Positions 16,664 to 27,190 are shown, counted from the first letter of the stretch. The stretch: 64,000 nucleotides of DNA from an uncultured Alphaproteobacteria bacterium (GCA_937126915.1 CAKZLM010000031.1:13825-77824); one strand, 5' to 3'. Numbers and translations: made by a program. The notes: generated by a model not told the origin, from the letters alone.

Positions 16664-19219
16664 CTAACTATCACGTAACACCCGCATCGGCTTAGCACCT
16701 AACGCTTGCCATGTGCCAATCAAACCAAAACCAACGGTGATTAGGATGCTGGTGCCAATGGTAATGATCATGGCGGTAGTATTAAGGGTAAAGTCCATAT
16801 CCATCACATTAGTGACAATTAAATAGCCCGCAACACCGCCTAAGAACAAGGCAACAATCCCTGTGATCAGTCCAAGGAATAAATATTCCATGATATAGGC
16901 TTTCAGAATGTTCATGCGCACCGCACCGACAATTTTCATGATCACCGCATCATAAACACGGTGACGATGGCCGGCCGCAATGGCCCCTGCCAACACCAAA
17001 ATACCGGCGATAATAGCAACCAAAGCAGTGGCTTGTACGCTGGTTTTAATTTGGTTCAAGATGTCATTAACCGATGTAATCAATTCCTTCACGCGAATGG
17101 TTGTTACACCCGGATAAGCATCCGTTAGGGTGATGTGGATATCCGATTCGTTGGCTTCTGCCGCCTTAAGGCTGGCCATATAGCTGTGAGGAGCATCGCG
17201 TAGAATATTTGGCGAGAAGATCATCACAAAGTTAAAATTCATCTGGCCCCATTCAAATTCGCGTAGGTTGGCAATGGTCACATCGAACGAGCGACCCAAG
17301 ATATTAACTTGCAGTTCATCGCCAACATCTAGACCAAGTTCCTGTGCTTCTTCGGCAGAGAAAGACACCAAGCCCGGGCCATCATAATCAGCGTCCCACC
17401 ATTCACCTTTAATCAGGCGATTGTTATCGGGCAACGTATCGCTGTAACTAACGGTGCGATCACCGCGCAGCACCCAGCCGCCCCCATTGGGAGTTGGATA
17501 TTCGCTAGCGGGGATGCCTTTGACAGTGTTTACCCGTGCCCGGATAGAGGGAACCATCATTAAGTCACTAACGCCTTCTTGTGAATTGGCAAGATTGGCA
17601 AATTCTTCGCCCTGATATTTTTGAATATCAAGGAAGAAAAACGCTGGTGCAATGTCTGGCACTTGTTCATTAACACGGTCTTCCATGTTGGTTTGAACCA
17701 GTGTGATGGTGGCAAAAAGCGTTAAACCTAGCCCCAAAGACATTACCACCGCTGAGGTTGCCGAGCCGGGGCGATGCAAATTAGCCAAAGCCAACCGCAT
17801 GCCGGGGCGTTTCGGGCGCGGTAGTTTGCTTGCCAGCTTGATCACTAAGCTGCCTGTAAATCTTAACAAAACCAAAACAGCAGCGGCCCCACCAACAAAG
17901 CCAGCAGCCATCGATGGGCGGTCAGCAGCTAAAATCGCCATGAGGGCTATAAGAATGGTAGAGACAGCAATCATCACCACATAACGGCGACGCGGCCACG
18001 TGGTATCAGGGGTGACCAAATTACGGAATAGGCGCGCGGCAGGAATATCGCGTGCTTTACCTAGGGGCCAAACCGAAAAGGCTGTGGTCACCAACACGCC
18101 GTAAAAGGCCGCGGCTATTAAAGGTAAAGGATAAATGCCAAAGGCTGGCGGCACAGGCAATTGGTCCTGCAGCAAATCAGCTAAGAATACAGGTAACACG
18201 GCACCAATAATCAGGCCTAAAACAATGGCAAGTGACGCCAAAATCATAATTTGCGCCATATAAATGCGGAAAATCATATCGCTGGTTCCACCCAGCACCT
18301 TAAAGGTAGCAATGGTGGGTGATTTACTGTCCATATAGTTACGCACCGCATTACCAACCCCAACACCGCCCACAACCAAGGCAGAGAGGCCGACAAGGGT
18401 GAGGAACATGCCTAAGCGATCAATGAAACGACGAAAGCCTGAGGCTGAGTTTTCGCGGTCGCGAATGCGCCAACGCTCTTCAGGCCATGTGTTGCGGAAA
18501 TTTTCTTCCCATTGTTCAAGGTTGGTTTCTTCTGGTAATTTAATTTTATAGTAGAAATCAACCAAGCTGCCATCACGAACAAGGCCGGTTTGGGCCATGG
18601 CCTCGCGACTGATCATCACGCTTGGCCCCATTTGAAAGCCTTCATTGGCTTGGTCGGGTTCTTTTTCCAAAATGGCACGCACATCAAATTGCAAATCACC
18701 AATTTTCAAGATATCTCCAACACCAGCCCGCAAGGTATCGGTTAGGCTGGATGGGATGGCAGCACCCCACAAGCCATTTTTCAGACCAAAGGCTTCTTCA
18801 TTACTAAGTTGCGGTGCTAACTCAAGGGTGCCATAGAGGGGATATAATTCATCTACAGCTTTGATCTCTGCAAGGCGGCGCTGCTCGCTTTCCTCGGCCC
18901 GAACCATGGCGCGCAGGCGAATTTTTTTACTAACAGGCCCTTGCGAGAATACATATTCTTGTTGCTCAGGAGTGATGTCACGACGGAAATTTCGAATCTC
19001 GATATCGCCGCCTAGAAGGTTGCGGCCTTCTTCTTGTAAGCCAATGCCAATGGCGCGGGTTAGCGACCCAACCCCCGCTATGGCTGCCACACCCAACAAA
19101 AGACAGGCGAAGAAAATACGAAAACCTTTGATGCCGCCGCGCAATTCACGTACCGCAAAACGTAACCAAGGGGGAAGATTATCGCCCTTAAAATGGCTGT
19201 TAGACGCGCTATCATTCAT
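16664..19219 (-). CDS. FtsX-like ABC transporter permease, two-module type (YbbP-like)
   Basis: 851 aa with two FtsX/MacB-type 4-TM modules, each with a large periplasmic loop. Its start overlaps the ATPase stop by 4 nt. Confidence 0.85.
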   Translation of the reverse strand: MNDSASNSHFKGDNLPPWLRFAVRELRGGIKGFRIFFACLLLGVAAIAGVGSLTRAIGIGLQEEGRNLLGGDIEIRNFRRDITPEQQEYVFSQGPVSKKIRLRAMVRAEESEQRRLAEIKAVDELYPLYGTLELAPQLSNEEAFGLKNGLWGAAIPSSLTDTLRAGVGDILKIGDLQFDVRAILEKEPDQANEGFQMGPSVMISREAMAQTGLVRDGSLVDFYYKIKLPEETNLEQWEENFRNTWPEERWRIRDRENSASGFRRFIDRLGMFLTLVGLSALVVGGVGVGNAVRNYMDSKSPTIATFKVLGGTSDMIFRIYMAQIMILASLAIVLGLIIGAVLPVFLADLLQDQLPVPPAFGIYPLPLIAAAFYGVLVTTAFSVWPLGKARDIPAARLFRNLVTPDTTWPRRRYVVMIAVSTILIALMAILAADRPSMAAGFVGGAAAVLVLLRFTGSLVIKLASKLPRPKRPGMRLALANLHRPGSATSAVVMSLGLGLTLFATITLVQTNMEDRVNEQVPDIAPAFFFLDIQKYQGEEFANLANSQEGVSDLMMVPSIRARVNTVKGIPASEYPTPNGGGWVLRGDRTVSYSDTLPDNNRLIKGEWWDADYDGPGLVSFSAEEAQELGLDVGDELQVNILGRSFDVTIANLREFEWGQMNFNFVMIFSPNILRDAPHSYMASLKAAEANESDIHITLTDAYPGVTTIRVKELITSVNDILNQIKTSVQATALVAIIAGILVLAGAIAAGHRHRVYDAVIMKIVGAVRMNILKAYIMEYLFLGLITGIVALFLGGVAGYLIVTNVMDMDFTLNTTAMIITIGTSILITVGFGLIGTWQALGAKPMRVLRDS

Positions 19220-19938
19220 TGTGCGGCCACCTTAAGAGCTTTTTTGGCATCGGTGCCGGGTTTATCGCTTTCTATAAGACCATCAGCCATGCGAATGACA
19301 CGGTCACAACGGTTTGCAAGGCCCGGATCGTGGGTGATTAGAACCAAGGTGGTGTCGCGCTTATCATGCAATTCAAACATTAAATTAATGATGCTTGATC
19401 CCGTGGTGCTATCTAAATTGCCGGTTGGTTCATCGGCAAATAATATTTTGGGATCTGGGGCAAGGGCACGGGCCATCGCCACGCGCTGTTGCTCACCACC
19501 TGATAATTGCGCAGGATAGTGATCAAGGCGGTGCCCTAAACCAACCAGATTTAATTCTTCTTCGGCGCGCTCAAACGCATCTTTGCGGCCTGAAAGCTCT
19601 AATGGAACTGCCACATTTTCAAGCGCTGTCATGGTCGGGATTAAGTGAAACGCTTGTAACAAAATGCCGACACGTTCGCGGCGGTGAAGGGCTAGTTGGT
19701 CTTCATTGCGTTTGGTATAATCTATTTCATCAATCATCACGGTGCCGCTTGAGGCACGCTCTAACCCCGTCATAATAGACATCAATGTTGACTTACCAGA
19801 ACCAGATGGCCCAACAATGCCCACCGCCTGACCGGGCTCAATGCTAAGGTCAACCCCGCGCAAAATATGCACAGGCCCAGCAGAGCTATCCAGCGTAAGG
19901 TGAACATCTTTTAGATCAATAACAGGGTTATTCGACAT
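19216..19938 (-). CDS. ABC transporter ATP-binding protein (YbbA/LolD-like)
   Basis: Walker A GPSGSGKST, signature LSGGEQQRVA, Walker B ILFADEPTGNLD. Confidence 0.9.
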   Translation of the reverse strand: MSNNPVIDLKDVHLTLDSSAGPVHILRGVDLSIEPGQAVGIVGPSGSGKSTLMSIMTGLERASSGTVMIDEIDYTKRNEDQLALHRRERVGILLQAFHLIPTMTALENVAVPLELSGRKDAFERAEEELNLVGLGHRLDHYPAQLSGGEQQRVAMARALAPDPKILFADEPTGNLDSTTGSSIINLMFELHDKRDTTLVLITHDPGLANRCDRVIRMADGLIESDKPGTDAKKALKVAAQ

Positions 19939-20145
19939 GTCTCTCTCTTTAATTTTTGGATTTTCACCGCTTAATACGGTGATTTTCCCCCGATGGATGA
20001 AATTTCTTCTTTAAATTTAACGCACATATCCCATATGATTTGGGAGAAGGAAAACTTCAAGCTTTGTTTTAAGCTTGTATATCATATCAACAAGGGAAAT
20101 GCGATTAACATGCAAAAAAGTGCGGTTAAAGGCATTGAGGAACAC

Positions 20146-20874
20146 ATGAAACAGCAACACTTTCACGGTCAGGCCAAAGCAATTAAAGACCCCTTGGGGC
20201 GGGTTCGCTATTCTTTGTTGCCGCTTTTTGGCGCAGGATTGCTTTATTGTTTGATGTTGGTGTTATCGCTAGCCGCCGTGGCGTCTGATGAAGACACGGA
20301 AAAAACCATCGTTGCTTTGGGGGACAGTTTAACTGCGGGCTATATGTTGGAACCAGGTGCTGGCTTTCCTGAGCAATTAGAAATTTGGATGCGGGATCAG
20401 GGGCAGAATGTGCGCCTTATCAACGCAGGTGTTTCAGGCGACACCACACAAGGGGGCCTGTCGCGTCTTGACTGGGCCTTGTCGGATGCGCCCAACAGTA
20501 AGCCTGATCTGGTGATTGTTGAGCTGGGTGGCAATGACATGTTGCGCGGCATTGATCCTGCCCGCACCCGCCAAAACCTTGCCACCATTATTGAAACCCT
20601 GCAAGCGCGCGACATTGATGTGTTGCTGGCGGGGCTTATATCACCAACCAATATGGGCCGCGAATTTGAGGATGAGTTCAACAGCATTTACCCTGACCTT
20701 GCCAAGCAATATAACATTCCGCTTTACCCTTTCTTTTTGGAAGGGGTGGCTGATGATCCTGATCTAATGCGCGTCAATGACATTCATCCCAACGAAAAAG
20801 GCATCAAAGTGTTGGTGCAAAATATCGGTCCTCATGTTATAAAGGCATTAGAACAAAACTCTCCACCGTCTTAA
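20146..20874 (+). CDS. tesA: SGNH/GDSL arylesterase / acyl-CoA thioesterase I-like (TesA-like), secreted
   Basis: GDSLTAGY (block I), GVSGDTT (block II), ELGGNDMLRG (block III), and DIHPN near the C-terminus. It is divergent from the ybbA/ybbP-like pair, as in E. coli. GAGGAA lies before the ATG at 20146. ATG at 20110 and the track start at 19993 are alternatives. Confidence 0.8.
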   Translation: MKQQHFHGQAKAIKDPLGRVRYSLLPLFGAGLLYCLMLVLSLAAVASDEDTEKTIVALGDSLTAGYMLEPGAGFPEQLEIWMRDQGQNVRLINAGVSGDTTQGGLSRLDWALSDAPNSKPDLVIVELGGNDMLRGIDPARTRQNLATIIETLQARDIDVLLAGLISPTNMGREFEDEFNSIYPDLAKQYNIPLYPFFLEGVADDPDLMRVNDIHPNEKGIKVLVQNIGPHVIKALEQNSPPS

Positions 20875-20902
20875 CCGACATTTAAACTATAGGAGAAACA
20901 CC

Positions 20903-21496
20903 ATGATGCGCTTGTTTTTTGGACTAGAAATTCCAGAGGAAATAAAAGAGCGCTTAACCATGGTTATGCATGGCATGGATTATGTTCGCTGGCACCACCC
21001 CGATCAAATGCACTTAACACTTTGCTTTCTTGGCGAGGTAAGTCACCACCAAGCCTCAGACATTAATGCAGTGGCTGGCTTGGTCCCTTTTGAACCATTT
21101 GATTTGATGTTGGATGGAATTGGTTATTTTGGCTCTAAAGAAAAGCCGCGCGCCCTGTGGGCCAACGTCGCTGGCACCAAACCGTTGATTGCCCTACAAA
21201 AACGCCTGACACAGGCCCTTGTTCCTGTTGGTATTCACCTGCAGGAGCGCAAATTTAAACCCCACATAACCCTTGCCCGTTTTAAAGGGCGGCCGTTGTT
21301 TTTCGATGATTATATGGAAAGCAATAAAAGCTTATCATCGGCACCTTTCCACGTCAGAAATTTCTGCCTTTATGAAAGCCGTATGGGTCGAACAGGCTCG
21401 CATTATGAAATATTAGCGCGCTATCCTGTAGCGCAGAACTTTCATTCTGATAATAGCTATGACATGGCCGAAAGTCATGAATATCAATCGTTCTAA
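20903..21496 (+). CDS. thpR: RNA 2',3'-cyclic phosphodiesterase (2H phosphoesterase, ThpR/LigT)
   Basis: Two HxT(L) motifs, HLTLCFLG and HITLARF, at the expected spacing. Confidence 0.85.
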   Translation: MMRLFFGLEIPEEIKERLTMVMHGMDYVRWHHPDQMHLTLCFLGEVSHHQASDINAVAGLVPFEPFDLMLDGIGYFGSKEKPRALWANVAGTKPLIALQKRLTQALVPVGIHLQERKFKPHITLARFKGRPLFFDDYMESNKSLSSAPFHVRNFCLYESRMGRTGSHYEILARYPVAQNFHSDNSYDMAESHEYQSF

Positions 21497-22353
21497 CAGC
21501 CAAATCGGGTAATAATATTGGAAACCGACTTTTGGTAAGACCCGCCAAAAAGCCTTACATGCACCAACAAAGGCCAGAGATTATAAATGTCTTTGCGTTC
21601 TTCAAAAAAGCCCGGTTCAATGGCGCGATATTGTTGGTAGGCATCAAAAAAGGTTTGCCCAAAGGTGCCAAACAACATCGAAAAGGCCAAATCCATTTCA
21701 CCATGCCCATAATAAATCGCAGGATCGACAAGGCCTGAAATTTCATCTCCATTGACCAGAACATTGCCGGTCCACAAATCACCATGCACCAGTGATGGGT
21801 GACTTGGTTCGCCAATAAGGTCAGGCAATTTTTCGGCAAAATTATGCAGGCGCTCATAAAAGGATTCGGTTATGCGACCAACACGCAGACTTTCTTTCGC
21901 CATGTAAAGCAAGCGATAATGGGTGAAAAACGGTACCCATTCATTGCCGCCGGCATTGGGTTGCTCTAGGGTTCCAATCACCGTGTCAAAAGGTAAGCCA
22001 AAGTTATCGGCCTTAACAGCGTGTAGCGATGCGATATGGCGGGCGGCATCTTCTTGCGCGGCACGGGTGAGACCCGGTTGCGATGGAATGTATGACATCA
22101 CCAAGGCTTTTTCAGCCACCATATGAACCTTGGGCACGGGCAAATCACTGTGACGCCCTAAATAGCCCAGCATACGCGCCTCAATTTCCATAGTGGGCCT
22201 AATGCCTGGGCGCGGCGTTTTAATCACCAAATCACTGCCATCCGGCATTGATAGGTGATAGACAAGGCCAATTTCACCGCCTTCTAAGGGGGTCGCATTT
22301 AGCGGGCGCTCACCAATAATGGCCTCTGCTTTATCAAGTATATCCGTCGCCAA
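21493..22353 (-). CDS. fructosamine kinase family protein
   Basis: Kinase-fold motif LVHGDLWTGNVL plus DPAIYYGHGEMDLA and the C-terminal LYNLWPLLVHVRLFGGSY are typical of the fructosamine-3-kinase family. Confidence 0.85.
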   Translation of the reverse strand: MATDILDKAEAIIGERPLNATPLEGGEIGLVYHLSMPDGSDLVIKTPRPGIRPTMEIEARMLGYLGRHSDLPVPKVHMVAEKALVMSYIPSQPGLTRAAQEDAARHIASLHAVKADNFGLPFDTVIGTLEQPNAGGNEWVPFFTHYRLLYMAKESLRVGRITESFYERLHNFAEKLPDLIGEPSHPSLVHGDLWTGNVLVNGDEISGLVDPAIYYGHGEMDLAFSMLFGTFGQTFFDAYQQYRAIEPGFFEERKDIYNLWPLLVHVRLFGGSYQKSVSNIITRFGC

Positions 22354-22816
22354 AATGCGTCTCTTTCAAATGTAGAACCAATTGTTCTGCCGCGTGATCA
22401 ATCATAGCATAAACGTCATCAAAACCATCATCATAATAAGGGTCTGGCACTTCTTGGTCCTTTTGGCCTTCGCCATAATGGGTAAACAACCTAATCTTGC
22501 CATGATGCTCGTCGGGGCTTAGGGACCGCAAATCAGCTAAATTACTTTTGTCCATGGCAAAAAGATAATCATATAAGTCAAAATCATCTTGTTTAATTTT
22601 GCGTGCTTTTTGGCCGGAAATGTCAACGCCATGTTTTTCGGCCACGGCGATGCTGCGACTATCGGGCGGGTTACCGATATGCCATGCACCAGTGCCAGCA
22701 CTGTCAATCTCTAAGCGATCTAAAATACCCTGTTGTTTGGCGTGGTGTATGACCAACCCTTCGGCTAAGGGCGAGCGACAAATATTTCCCAAACACACGA
22801 ATAGCAAACGAATCAT
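22334..22816 (-). CDS. low-molecular-weight protein-tyrosine phosphatase
   Basis: P-loop VCLGNICRSP (CX5R-S) at the N-terminus and a DPYY motif near the C-terminus. Confidence 0.9.
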   Translation of the reverse strand: MIRLLFVCLGNICRSPLAEGLVIHHAKQQGILDRLEIDSAGTGAWHIGNPPDSRSIAVAEKHGVDISGQKARKIKQDDFDLYDYLFAMDKSNLADLRSLSPDEHHGKIRLFTHYGEGQKDQEVPDPYYDDGFDDVYAMIDHAAEQLVLHLKETHFGDGYT

Positions 22817-22842
22817 TAGGCCCTCCTCATCATTGTTGATGG

Positions 22843-23346
22843 CTAATCGTCCTCACCTTCAAGCATATAATATATTAAGTCAAGTTGTGGCGGATCGTAA
22901 TCAAGGCTGGATAATATATGATGCACTTGGCCGCGGTGATGGGTGGCATGGTTAAACATGTGTGTCAGGCACATATCAAACGGTAAGATATGTGGATTTC
23001 CAGCCATGTCTTGATAGCTAAAGGCCTTAGAAAAGTCGCTTTCGCGCAAGTTATTGGTCAATGCAATGATACGGCTGTCCATGTTCATGCGTAGGGCGAC
23101 CAAATGATCAAAGTCCTCAGCCAGAATCATATCCAAGGACGGCGCATCAAATGGCCTATGGGTAAAGCGGCCCAACCATATTTCTTCGGCCAGCAGGGTG
23201 TGATTAAGGGTTTTGAAAATGGATCCAAAAAACGCGCCAACATCCTTGGTGAGTACTCCCTTGGACGTTTCCATGCAGGCTTGATAGAGCAATTTATTTG
23301 CCCATTGATTATAGTGCGCCAGATGAATGAATTGCTGTTTTGACAT
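22843..23346 (-). CDS. DinB-family (damage-inducible, four-helix-bundle metalloprotein) protein
   Basis: 167 aa. N-terminal YNQWAN and C-terminal HMFNHATHHRGQV are DinB-superfamily signatures. This family is unrelated to DNA polymerase IV. Confidence 0.8.
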   Translation of the reverse strand: MSKQQFIHLAHYNQWANKLLYQACMETSKGVLTKDVGAFFGSIFKTLNHTLLAEEIWLGRFTHRPFDAPSLDMILAEDFDHLVALRMNMDSRIIALTNNLRESDFSKAFSYQDMAGNPHILPFDMCLTHMFNHATHHRGQVHHILSSLDYDPPQLDLIYYMLEGEDD

Positions 23347-23399
23347 AAAAGCAGTTTAAGACAGTCACAAATTTATGCAATAGTATTGGCGCGTAATTT

Positions 23400-24131
23400 A
23401 TGGGGTACATGATGACCAGTTATGAAAATATTGTCATTTTGACGGGGGCGGGCATTTCAAAAGAATCTGGCCTTAACACCTTTCGGGATAATGGCGGCCT
23501 ATGGGAAACCCACCGTGTTGAGGAAGTTGCCACGCCAGAAGCCTTTGCCCGTGACCCTGCGTTGGTGCATCGCTTTTATAATATGCGCCGTCAAAACCTT
23601 CAAACCGTGGAGCCGAACCCCGCCCATGACGCGCTGGCTTTGTTAGAAGCAGAGCATAAGGGTAACGTTATAATTGTGACCCAAAATGTCGATAATCTGC
23701 ACGAGAGGGCGGGTAGTAAAAATATCATTCACATGCACGGCGAACTGCTGAAAGTGCGCTGCCGTGCCTGTGCCATGGTGATGGTCACTGAAAACGACAT
23801 CAGTGACGAAATGCCTTGCCCCGCCTGTGGTTTTGCCCCTGCCTTAAGGCCGCATATTGTGTGGTTTGGCGAAATGCCGTTTCAGATGGATGATATTGAA
23901 GAGGCTTTGTTAAAGGCTGATTTGTTTATATCCATTGGTACATCGGGTAATGTTTATCCAGCGGCGGGTTTTGTTCAAATGATGCGCCAAATTGGACGCG
24001 GCCACACGGTGGAAATTAACATGGAGCCCTCCGAAGGTGTCAGTTATTTTCATGAGGTTCATCATGGCCCAGCAGGCACCTTAGTGCCACAGTATGTTGA
24101 TCGTTTGCTTAAGGCAGACTATAAGGCTTGA
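23400..24131 (+). CDS. cobB: NAD-dependent protein deacylase (Sir2 family, CobB)
   Basis: [25 protein letters not shown], the zinc ribbon CxxC...CPxC, and [10 protein letters not shown]. Confidence 0.9.
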   Translation: MGYMMTSYENIVILTGAGISKESGLNTFRDNGGLWETHRVEEVATPEAFARDPALVHRFYNMRRQNLQTVEPNPAHDALALLEAEHKGNVIIVTQNVDNLHERAGSKNIIHMHGELLKVRCRACAMVMVTENDISDEMPCPACGFAPALRPHIVWFGEMPFQMDDIEEALLKADLFISIGTSGNVYPAAGFVQMMRQIGRGHTVEINMEPSEGVSYFHEVHHGPAGTLVPQYVDRLLKADYKA

Positions 24132-24154
24132 AACAAATTAGATGGGAGACAATA

Positions 24155-24445
24155 ATGGTTCAAAAATTAAGTGCTGATGATCGCGCCGCTTTGATGGCTG
24201 AATTGCCTGAATGGGAAAATGTTGAAGGCCGCGATGCTATTCAAAAAACCTTTGAATTTTCTGACTTTAACGAAGCCTTTGGTTTTATGACGCGGGTTGC
24301 CTTGTTGGCTGATAAAATTGACCATCACCCCGAATGGTTCAATGTTTATAATAAGGTTGAAGTGTTGCTTTCAACCCACGATGCTGATGGTGTTACCGAA
24401 CGCGACGCCACCATGGCCCGCGCCATGGAAGACTATGCGGGTTAA
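24155..24445 (+). CDS. phhB: 4a-hydroxytetrahydrobiopterin dehydratase (pterin-4-alpha-carbinolamine dehydratase)
   Basis: [33 protein letters not shown] is the PCD core. GGGAGA lies before the ATG at 24155. The track start at 24128 is a TTG overlapping cobB. Confidence 0.85.
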   Translation: MVQKLSADDRAALMAELPEWENVEGRDAIQKTFEFSDFNEAFGFMTRVALLADKIDHHPEWFNVYNKVEVLLSTHDADGVTERDATMARAMEDYAG

Positions 24446-24452
24446 CTAAATA

Positions 24453-24474
24453 TTCAAGAATTTGTATTCTTAAA
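24453..24474. terminator. possible AT-rich bidirectional hairpin between phhB and the DMT transporter gene
   Basis: TTCAAGAAT (24453-24461) pairs with ATTCTTAAA (24466-24474) in 8 of 9 positions. The flanks are AT-rich. Confidence 0.35.
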
Positions 24475-24485
24475 TAAGGGCTACA

Positions 24486-25394
24486 TCAAAGGCTCGTATC
24501 GGTTTTTGGCGCTGGTACGGGCCTTTTTGCCAGCACGGCCTCGCGGTGTGAGTTGTAAACCGTTGAGGCCAAAATCACCACGGCCCCCAAAATAACCATA
24601 TAATCAGCGGGTTCGTTAAACAACCAGACGCCAAAACCTGTTGCCAGTAATAAACGGATGAAATCTAGCGGTAACACCGCTGTTGCATCGGCCAATTTAA
24701 AGCTGAGCGTCAACAGATATTGTGCAATACTGATTCCGATGCCAATAAGTGCCATCATGCCAAGCTCGTTTATGGTGAGCCATTGCCAATAAGGCAGAGC
24801 AACCACGAAGCTAATGGGGGTGATGATCATAAAGGGGGCTGTCACGATAACCTTGGTATCCTCAGCACCGACCAAAAATTTAATCAAAATAATCGCGATT
24901 GAGATTGCTACCGCACCCATCACCGCTGCCCACAGGCCTGAGGATGAAATGGCATCCATTTGCTGGCCCGTTAAGCCGGGTGCTAATACCATAATCACGC
25001 CAATAAAACCCACCAAAATAGAGATGATACGGCGAATATAAATGCGCTCTTTTAGAATGAAAACAGCGCCGACAGCAGCAAAAATGGGGGCGGCATAGGT
25101 AATGGCAACAACGGTCGCTAAAGGGGCTTGGGTAATGGCATAAAAAATACCATAGGTGCCCATTAAAGCGGTGGCACCACGTCCCAAATGCAGTTTCCAG
25201 TGTGGGGTTTTATAAGCCGACCAACCAGCGCGATAGATCATTGGCAGCATCATCACTAGACCGAAAAAGTTGCGGTAAAAAACGATTAAAAAGGGATGGA
25301 GGTTTTCACCAGCAGCACGCACCAAGGCCCACAAACACCCCATTATGATGCAGGAAATGGTCATATAAAGCATGCCACGGCTGGTATCGCTCAT
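24486..25394 (-). CDS. DMT-superfamily (EamA-like) transporter
   Basis: Ten hydrophobic segments arranged as two EamA-type halves. AAGGGGGA lies before the ATG at 25394. The track start at 25430 falls inside a perfect palindrome. Confidence 0.85.
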   Translation of the reverse strand: MSDTSRGMLYMTISCIIMGCLWALVRAAGENLHPFLIVFYRNFFGLVMMLPMIYRAGWSAYKTPHWKLHLGRGATALMGTYGIFYAITQAPLATVVAITYAAPIFAAVGAVFILKERIYIRRIISILVGFIGVIMVLAPGLTGQQMDAISSSGLWAAVMGAVAISIAIILIKFLVGAEDTKVIVTAPFMIITPISFVVALPYWQWLTINELGMMALIGIGISIAQYLLTLSFKLADATAVLPLDFIRLLLATGFGVWLFNEPADYMVILGAVVILASTVYNSHREAVLAKRPVPAPKTDTSL

Positions 25395-25405
25395 AAATCC
25401 CCCTT

Positions 25406-25430
25406 TTGATGAATAATGATTATTCATCAA
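25406..25430. promoter_or_regulatory. 25-bp perfect palindrome (Fur-box-like composition) immediately upstream of the DMT transporter RBS
   Basis: TTGATGAATAAT-G-ATTATTCATCAA has 12-bp arms that are exact reverse complements. The core TGAATAAT-N-ATTATTCA resembles the 7-1-7 Fur motif TGATAAT-N-ATTATCA with one extra A:T pair per arm. Confidence 0.45.
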
Positions 25431-25529
25431 GGCATTATGACAATGCTTTGCACAGATTGATAGTGTTGATTTGAGTTTTTTGTGCGTGGCTGGTGTCTGG
25501 TACTTAGTGACTGGTGCTTGGTGTGGGGG

Positions 25530-27161
25530 TTAGTAAGGCGTTAAAATGGTGTCGCCAGAATTTGAAATCTGTTTGGTGTAATCGGTGGTGTAGTGTAGGC
25601 CGCGTGATTCTTTTCGCTTTTGGGCAGATTGAATAATCAAATCAGCAACTGTGGCCAGATTGCGTAGTTCTAAAAGGTCGCGGCAAATTTTAAAGTTACC
25701 GTAATAATCGTGAATTTCCCCTAGAAGCATATCAATACGGCGCTTGGCCCTTTCAAGGCGTTTATCGGTGCGCACAATACCCACATAATCCCACATAAAG
25801 TGTCGAATTTCTTCCCAGTTATGACTCACCACCACCAATTCGTCAGAGCTGGTTACTCGGCTGCTGTCCCATGCCCTGATGCGCGGCGGTTGCGGTAACT
25901 GGTTCTGACGGGCCAAAATATCTTTTGCCGCTGCACTGCCATAGACCAAACATTCCAACAAACTGTTTGATGCCATGCGGTTGGCACCATGCAGGCCTGT
26001 GTGTGACACTTCACCAATGGCATATAAGCCTTCAAGGTCAGTGCGGCCATTAAGATCGGTCATGACCCCGCCGCAAGTATAATGCGCTGCGGGTACCACC
26101 GGAATGGCCTCAGCGGTTATGTCAAAGCCATAATCTAGGCAGCGACGATAAATGTTCGGGAAATGACTGATCACAAAATCTGGATCTTTGTGGCTAATAT
26201 CCAACATCACATGGGTGAGACCTTTTCGCTTCATGATATCGTCAATGGCGCGGGCCACAATATCACGCGGGGCTAATTCACCGCGATCATCATAGTCATC
26301 CATGAAACGTTCACCATTGGGCACGGTTAACACCGCCCCTTCACCACGCAGGGCTTCAGAAATCAGAAAGGACTTTGCATCGGGATGATAAAGGCAAGTT
26401 GGATGAAACTGATTAAATTCCATGTTGGCAACACGACACCCCGCCCGCCATGCCATGGCAATGCCATCACCTGTCGAACCGTCAGGGTTTGAGGTGTAAA
26501 GATAAACTTTGCTGGCGCCACCTGTAGCCAAAATAGTGCTGCGGGCGCGAATGGTCACCACCTCATCAGTTTGGCGGTTTAAAAGGTATGCGCCATACAC
26601 CTGTTCATGGACCATTTCACCACGTTTAAGATGCTTGTCGGTCAGCAGGTCAATCCCCACATGATTTTCAAAAATGGTGATATTGGGATGCTCGCGGGCC
26701 TTTTGTTCCAATGTTTTTTGCACCGCCTGACCAGTGGCATCATCAACATGAATGATGCGGCGTTTACTGTGCCCACCTTCACGGGTTAGATGATAATGAA
26801 AACCATCTTCTTCCATTGTGCCTTTGGAAAAGGGCACACCATGATCAATGAGGCGTTGGATGGCATCGCGGCTGTTTTCCACCACATGCCGCACTGCATC
26901 TTCATGACATAATCCCGCACCCGCCACCAAGGTATCAGCCACATGGTCATCAACGGTATCGCCCTCAGCTAAGACCGCGGCAATACCACCCTGTGCCCAT
27001 GCGGTAGACCCATTGTTCAGCGATGCTTTTGAAGCCAAGGCAACATGCAACGTATCCGCCATATCCAAGGCCGCTGTTAAGCCAGCGGCACCTGAACCGA
27101 TGATCAAGACATCGAAATGATCTTTATGCGCTGGATGCGGGTTGTTGCTGTTTTTAGCCAT
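25530..27161 (-). CDS. nadB: L-aspartate oxidase
   Basis: N-terminal FAD motif [12 protein letters not shown]. Also [17 protein letters not shown], the FHPT and SEALRGEG blocks, and [13 protein letters not shown]. Confidence 0.95.
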   Translation of the reverse strand: MAKNSNNPHPAHKDHFDVLIIGSGAAGLTAALDMADTLHVALASKASLNNGSTAWAQGGIAAVLAEGDTVDDHVADTLVAGAGLCHEDAVRHVVENSRDAIQRLIDHGVPFSKGTMEEDGFHYHLTREGGHSKRRIIHVDDATGQAVQKTLEQKAREHPNITIFENHVGIDLLTDKHLKRGEMVHEQVYGAYLLNRQTDEVVTIRARSTILATGGASKVYLYTSNPDGSTGDGIAMAWRAGCRVANMEFNQFHPTCLYHPDAKSFLISEALRGEGAVLTVPNGERFMDDYDDRGELAPRDIVARAIDDIMKRKGLTHVMLDISHKDPDFVISHFPNIYRRCLDYGFDITAEAIPVVPAAHYTCGGVMTDLNGRTDLEGLYAIGEVSHTGLHGANRMASNSLLECLVYGSAAAKDILARQNQLPQPPRIRAWDSSRVTSSDELVVVSHNWEEIRHFMWDYVGIVRTDKRLERAKRRIDMLLGEIHDYYGNFKICRDLLELRNLATVADLIIQSAQKRKESRGLHYTTDYTKQISNSGDTILTPY

Positions 27162-27190
27162 GGTGGCCTTCTCTGAAAACTGCTGCGGGG

